Of a DNA stretch of 64,000 nucleotides, positions 59,583 to 64,000 are shown in pieces. The position numbers and the translations under genes were made by a program. Within the stretch, counting starts at the first letter, position 1, and every line of letters starts with the position of its first letter. This DNA comes from a candidate division WWE3 bacterium. Its GTDB lineage: Bacteria > Patescibacteriota > 4484-211 > GCA-002791395. The notes under the pieces are model-generated. The model did no database searches, was not told the origin of the DNA, and was given only the letters and a program-made list of their open reading frames with translations. The stretch covers positions 10,740 to 74,739 of the forward strand of contig JAAXWF010000004.1 of the NCBI GenBank assembly GCA_013335095.1. Direction: 5' to 3'.

Positions 59583-60582
59583 CTAGTCCGAGAGTCGTTC
59601 GATCTCTCGGATCAACCGAAGCGCCTCGGTTGAGTCAGAGACACCGGCATCGACCGAATCCTCTAACGATTCAATCGTTGCTCGGACATTGTGACCTTCG
59701 ATATAAAACTCGACCCCAACGAGTCCAAGATCTATCGAAAGCACGTCTCCCGTTGGCACAACGACGTAAATCTCGTTAGCCATCCATCCTTCCGGTAAAT
59801 CACCGGGTTCCGTTACCTCGAGTAGATTGATAAGCGTGCGAGCCCTTTCTTCGATGGTAGGCTCGACCCGCTGGCTCGGACACGCTCTTTGACCCTTCGT
59901 CGACTGTTTCACGAATGACCTCTCCTTCGGCGACACTAGCAAGATGATCGGCATACGCGCCGAAGTAGTACTGGAATACGGCATCCTCACGAGCAAGCCG
60001 TAAAGAGGTGCCGATCCCGACACAGTTCCCCTTACGAGCTCGCCACAGCATACCTCCGGTTATTCGCACTTCGGTATAATGCCAAGGCAAATGTGCACTT
60101 GGCAGTGAGCTCCCCTGCTGATCACTCAGATACATGAAGACAGTAGGAGGCAGGTGGTCCTTTAGCATTTCAACCACCTTTTCAATCGCGTAGGCGATAC
60201 CATCCCGCTGCTGCATTTCGCCAATCAAGGCTTCAATAGCCTGTGATAACAACCTCGTCCGTTGCGGTGCATATCTGGTTTCGACCGACATACCCACCTG
60301 ATGTGCCAGCCACGCTTGGATGCGTTCGCTACAAAGCTTACTGTGCGCTTGACACATCATTTGGTGTGATAGACCCTTTTGATGTGCCCAGATCATCACC
60401 GCAGCTCCCCAGACCCCATCACCAACAAGCGAAAGTCGAGGGTCCGCACCAAGCAACTTACCCACTGAGGTTCCTTTCGGTGGCATAACCACCCTAATGC
60501 TCGCAGGTATAAAACCACACGAGCTCCTTCCACCCGGAGTTACCGGTTTTACTGGTGGAAAGAAACGACAAGGATGTGCCAT
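59583..60582 (-). pseudogene. RNase III-domain-like gene split into two overlapping frames (probable frameshift); GC-rich
   Basis: ORFs 60582-59800 and 60023-59583 overlap in different frames. The upstream part has RNase III-like LSLVGDGVWGAAV...SQAIEALIGEM. Confidence 0.4.
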
Positions 60583-60698
60583 CTCATTCCACCAGCAAAA
60601 TCATAGTCTGTCTATGATCTAGGTGCGTTCGTCTAAAATTATATTGTTTTATTATAACGGTAAAATGTAATTTTTACAAATACTATAAGTCAATAAAT

Positions 60699-61055
60699 CT
60701 AGCTTTGCAGAGTTCCGATCAAATACTCAGGAAGTAATGCATCTCCTTTACCCATATGCTTACGAACATCTTCATACATTGCAGTTGCATCTTTACCACA
60801 CCCATCCTCAATCATGTTATTCGCGTGACTGGGTATATATGACGTGACATCATATACATCCGAATTAATAACCATCCAACAACTGCTTGGAGTATTATGC
60901 TTGGCAATTTCTGATAATGCATACGTTTTAGGGGTGTTTTGTTGAGAATCAGTGGTGCTTGTTCCCGAATTATTATTTTTGAATAAAAAGAAGCCTCCGA
61001 CAGCAAGTATTGCTACAATCGCGAAAATTCCGATGATTGAACCTTTGTTTTCCAT
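60699..61055 (-). CDS. membrane-anchored cytochrome b5-like heme/steroid-binding-domain protein (atypical, lacks HPGG)
   Basis: YALSEIAKHNTPSSCWMVINSDVYDVTSYIPSH...GCGKDAT fits the cyt-b5 fold pattern. Confidence 0.5.
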   Translation of the reverse strand: MENKGSIIGIFAIVAILAVGGFFLFKNNNSGTSTTDSQQNTPKTYALSEIAKHNTPSSCWMVINSDVYDVTSYIPSHANNMIEDGCGKDATAMYEDVRKHMGKGDALLPEYLIGTLQS

Positions 61056-61173
61056 GTGTTTGATATTCTCATAGCACCCTGAGGATTAGCTGAAGAATCT
61101 AGCGTAAAAAGATAGAGCCGGAGATCTGATGGCACAGCCACCAAATCCCCGGCTGCGGAGACCCTCGAACGGA

Positions 61174-61518
61174 CTACGGCTGCATGAGGAGGTAGTCAAC
61201 CACCTCATCGAACAACCGACGCGGCTGAGGGTCGTAGACGGGATTGACCATCCCACTACTGTTCCACCCTTTATCGGGCGGACCAACAACGAAAAAGACA
61301 ACCCCTTGCCAGATATAGACATCAACATGCGCCCGCTTCTCAATCTCGAAGCGGAACCCGTTCGACGTCAATCCGACCTCAATGATCGGCTGATTGGACC
61401 AGTCATCTTCGCACAGAGCGAAGTGATCCTTGCCGATCATATTAACGATCTTCCAGATCGTCGCCACGACCATCTGGTGGTTAAGCAGCGCAGGAGCGCT
61501 GTTGCTAGCCTGGCTCAT
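61174..61518 (-). CDS. hypothetical protein; GC-rich
   Basis: Preferred over the overlapping + strand ORF 61129-61578, which is R/P-rich and low-complexity. Confidence 0.35.
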   Translation of the reverse strand: MSQASNSAPALLNHQMVVATIWKIVNMIGKDHFALCEDDWSNQPIIEVGLTSNGFRFEIEKRAHVDVYIWQGVVFFVVGPPDKGWNSSGMVNPVYDPQPRRLFDEVVDYLLMQP

Positions 61519-61663
61519 AGAGCCACCTCCTGGGGTCCCCCCCATATCCATAGAGTATGCCAGATAGTTATATTATAGGATAAAGTTAGTTGTTATACAA
61601 GAAAAAATAGTGATAATAATGCCGAAGATCCGATGGCTACGCCATCGGACCTTCGGCTCGAAC

Positions 61664-62239
61664 CTAATGATGAGTCACTTCGAGCAACTGAAACTGACCG
61701 GGCAAAGGATGGTAGATGACCTGAACCCCGGTCAGGCGAACGGCCTGCCCTGGGACCAGAAACACCTTCAGCTCCTCAAGCCAAGCAGCAGCTGCCGCCG
61801 TGGGGATATCAAGCCGATGCGCCCAGCGAGCTCGTTCAGCACAAAACCCCATAAAAACGACAGACTCAAGATGAAAAATACCGCCGTTCTGGACACTCGG
61901 CCACTCGACGGGCCGAGGCTCACAATAGAGCAGATCGAACAGGACGATCCCAACGATCGACTCGTATAGCTCCGCCGGGCGATAGCCCAGTTCGGAACCG
62001 AACACCCCCGAGATGATCTCGGTAGTGCCGCTGATCCGGAACTGAACAACCTGATGCGCCACCGTTATAAAAACGCGGTGGCAACCGAGTACAGCTGAAA
62101 ATCCATCTGCGATGATGCTGATATCCGAGACCGCCTGATCCGTCCAACCTGCTTCAAGGTTACCGGACGGAATCAGACGGAATAGCTCACGAACATGAGC
62201 CTCCAGCAGCGAAGTATCCACCGATGTGGAACTGTCCAT
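61664..62239 (-). CDS. hypothetical protein; GC-rich
   Basis: 191-aa ORF. The overlapping + ORF 61610-61969 is judged spurious. Confidence 0.4.
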   Translation of the reverse strand: MDSSTSVDTSLLEAHVRELFRLIPSGNLEAGWTDQAVSDISIIADGFSAVLGCHRVFITVAHQVVQFRISGTTEIISGVFGSELGYRPAELYESIVGIVLFDLLYCEPRPVEWPSVQNGGIFHLESVVFMGFCAERARWAHRLDIPTAAAAAWLEELKVFLVPGQAVRLTGVQVIYHPLPGQFQLLEVTHH

Positions 62240-62295
62240 AAAAGGACCATCCTTTCGCTCGCCAATAAACGCTATAGGTATAGTATATCAAATTT

Positions 62296-62778
62296 TTGTT
62301 TAGTCAACGAACCTGCTATGATAATTTAATGGACTACGATATTCTATCTGCCAGCTTATTTGACCAAAAGCAGCTATCATCTCTGATAAACACTGTCGGA
62401 CTGACAAAAAACGAATATGGGTACTTTACCTCTAAGGGCATATGGTTACGGATTCTTCCCACAGATAAAAATGATAATCACTTCGATGTGTACCAGTACT
62501 TTGGCTTCACTGTAAAGACGCATATAAATATAGAATTCAGCGGAACAACTGATAACATTTACACTCCTTTGTTCCAACTTATTAGCACAATACTACAGGC
62601 AACATCAGACGATTTAATCGTCCTCGCAACAGGAGAATTGGTTGTGTTAAAACGCATTAAGCAAAAACTCACTCTAAATTCTGATTTTGATAATTGGGAG
62701 AAACCACAGTATGACATTTTAACCCGACAGATTCCGTCCGATACTCAACGGGTACGAATACCATCACCCTATTTATAA
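62296..62778 (+). CDS. hypothetical protein
   Basis: 160-aa AT-rich ORF. Confidence 0.35.
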   Translation: MFSQRTCYDNLMDYDILSASLFDQKQLSSLINTVGLTKNEYGYFTSKGIWLRILPTDKNDNHFDVYQYFGFTVKTHINIEFSGTTDNIYTPLFQLISTILQATSDDLIVLATGELVVLKRIKQKLTLNSDFDNWEKPQYDILTRQIPSDTQRVRIPSPYL

Positions 62779-62863
62779 TCACCTGAATTACACATAATAT
62801 GAAAATCGACATGGCAAAATATAAAAGACCCTGTTACTCTTAATATGACTGGAGGTGATTTGA

Positions 62864-63121
62864 ATGGAACAACAAGCTGGAGTAGGCCTCAAAAAACCAA
62901 TGAATTTAAGTCCAGAACTACAGGCGATAGTAGGACCAGGTCCAATGCCTCGAACTGAAGTAACCAAAGCGCTGTGGGCGTATATAAAAGAAAATAATTT
63001 ACAAGACCCTCAGAACAAACGAAACATCTTACCTGATGAAAAATTAAAAGCGATTTTCGATGGTAAGGATTCAGTGACAATGTTTGAAATGACCAAACTC
63101 GTTTCTAAACACCTGTCATAA
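62864..63121 (+). CDS. SWIB/MDM2-domain protein
   Basis: LSPELQAIVG...RTEVTKALWAYIKENNLQDPQNKRNI...MFEMTKLVSKHL is a canonical SWIB signature. Confidence 0.75.
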   Translation: MEQQAGVGLKKPMNLSPELQAIVGPGPMPRTEVTKALWAYIKENNLQDPQNKRNILPDEKLKAIFDGKDSVTMFEMTKLVSKHLS

Positions 63122-63134
63122 TAACTTGTGCATT

Positions 63135-63172
63135 AAGAGGCTGCGGAAGTTTTTCCGCACCTCTTAATTTAA
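63135..63172 (+). terminator. intrinsic terminator
   Basis: aagaggctgcggaa / ttccgcacctctt stem with one bulge, loop gtttt, then aatttaaa. Confidence 0.5.
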
Positions 63173-63240
63173 AGACACTTCTCACCAATTCATAACATAA
63201 TTCTTACAAACTATATCCAACTTACTGATATAGTTAAGAA

Positions 63241-64000
63241 ATGGGATTTATAGTTCATAAGTATCCAGCAGGAACATTTTCATGGGTAGACTTCTACTCG
63301 ACTGATATACATTCATCAAAACAATTTGTAACCAAACTTCTAGGATGGACGTATCAAGATATGCCTACCGAACCAGGAAAACCGGATTACACAATGTTTT
63401 TTTTAAGCGGTTTACCGATTGCTGGTGGAAGCCCTACATTTAATCAACAAATGCCTTCATTTTGGTCGAGCTATATCACTGTCGATAATGTTGATGAAAT
63501 GGCACAACGTGCTGTTGAAAATGAAGGAACGGTACTAATGAACCCTATGGACGTTATGGAATATGGTCGAATGGCAACAATCCAAGATCCAACAGGTGCA
63601 GCCGTCTCACTCTGGCAACCCAAACAACACATTGGTGCAGGTATAGTCAACACAGTTGGTGCAATGTGTTGGAATGAACTCTATACAAAAGATGTTCAAA
63701 AAGCGTGTGATTTTTATGGAAAACTATTTAACTGGACATTCAGCAAAGATCCACAAAGTGGGTATGTAACTATCCGCAACAAAGGAAGAGCTAACGGTGG
63801 AATGTTTGAGCTAACCCCGTCAATGCAAGACATGCCTCCATGCTGGGTCGTGTATTTTACAATTGCTGATATGAATAAATCCTTAGACTTAGTCAATACA
63901 TTGGGTGGGAAAATTTATATGGATGTGAAAGAGATCGGAGTCGGAAAAATAGCAATGGTAGCGGATTCAACTGGCGCATCATTTATGCTCATACAGCTCG
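63241..64000 (+). CDS. VOC-family (glyoxalase/bleomycin-resistance fold) two-domain protein, 3' end outside window
   Basis: The frame stays open to the window end. Tandem betaalphabetabetabeta modules of the YPAGTFSWVDFYS... type with metal-ligand-like H/E positions. Confidence 0.6.
   Translation, partial: MGFIVHKYPAGTFSWVDFYSTDIHSSKQFVTKLLGWTYQDMPTEPGKPDYTMFFLSGLPIAGGSPTFNQQMPSFWSSYITVDNVDEMAQRAVENEGTVLMNPMDVMEYGRMATIQDPTGAAVSLWQPKQHIGAGIVNTVGAMCWNELYTKDVQKACDFYGKLFNWTFSKDPQSGYVTIRNKGRANGGMFELTPSMQDMPPCWVVYFTIADMNKSLDLVNTLGGKIYMDVKEIGVGKIAMVADSTGASFMLIQL

Noticed and set aside
61129-61969. Plus-strand ORFs 61129-61578 and 61610-61969
   Set aside because: Both are antisense to longer, more protein-like minus-strand ORFs in a high-GC segment. 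Their Arg/Pro-rich composition is typical of out-of-frame GC-rich reading.
1-64000. CRISPR arrays, rRNA genes, integrases/transposases or prophage blocks
   Set aside because: No short regularly spaced repeats are visible. No rRNA-like conserved stretches are present. No tyrosine or serine recombinase or transposase motifs were recognised, and no phage structural gene set is present.

Overview
This is an AT-rich (about 38-40% GC) bacterial chromosomal segment, densely coded on both strands, with about 80 ORFs and one tRNA. Most genes are housekeeping or envelope genes: an ABC exporter C-terminus, ychF, trxB-trxA, tgt, argS, an RsmB-family rRNA methyltransferase, a P-type ATPase, three NUDIX hydrolases, a rhomboid protease, a ZIP transporter, a type IV pilin-like protein, an ECF sigma/anti-sigma pair, a TspO-like protein, two orphan response regulators and tRNA-Gln(UUG). 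The gene content and small, tightly packed genes are compatible with a reduced-genome, Patescibacteria-like organism, but that is inference only. Non-core content stands out in four places. (1) At the left edge, two diverged GC-rich paralogues each sit behind a 134-bp ~97%-identical repeat that carries the promoter, SD and first 8 codons. (2) At 7.3-11.5 kb, an AsnB-like lasso-cyclase homologue and an HprK-like kinase sit next to an HExxH peptidase. That peptidase has a consensus promoter, a GC-rich leader with a sORF, and a terminator hairpin abutting its start codon. A ~105-bp repeat duplicates the cyclase 5' end and creates a 46-aa chimeric ORF. (3) At 12.9-15.1 kb, a translationally coupled three-gene operon of unknown function lies immediately downstream of tRNA-Gln. 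(4) Several discrete GC-rich islands (50-60% GC) are inserted between housekeeping genes, and one of them carries a frameshifted RNase III-like gene. No CRISPR array, integrase, transposase or rRNA is evident.
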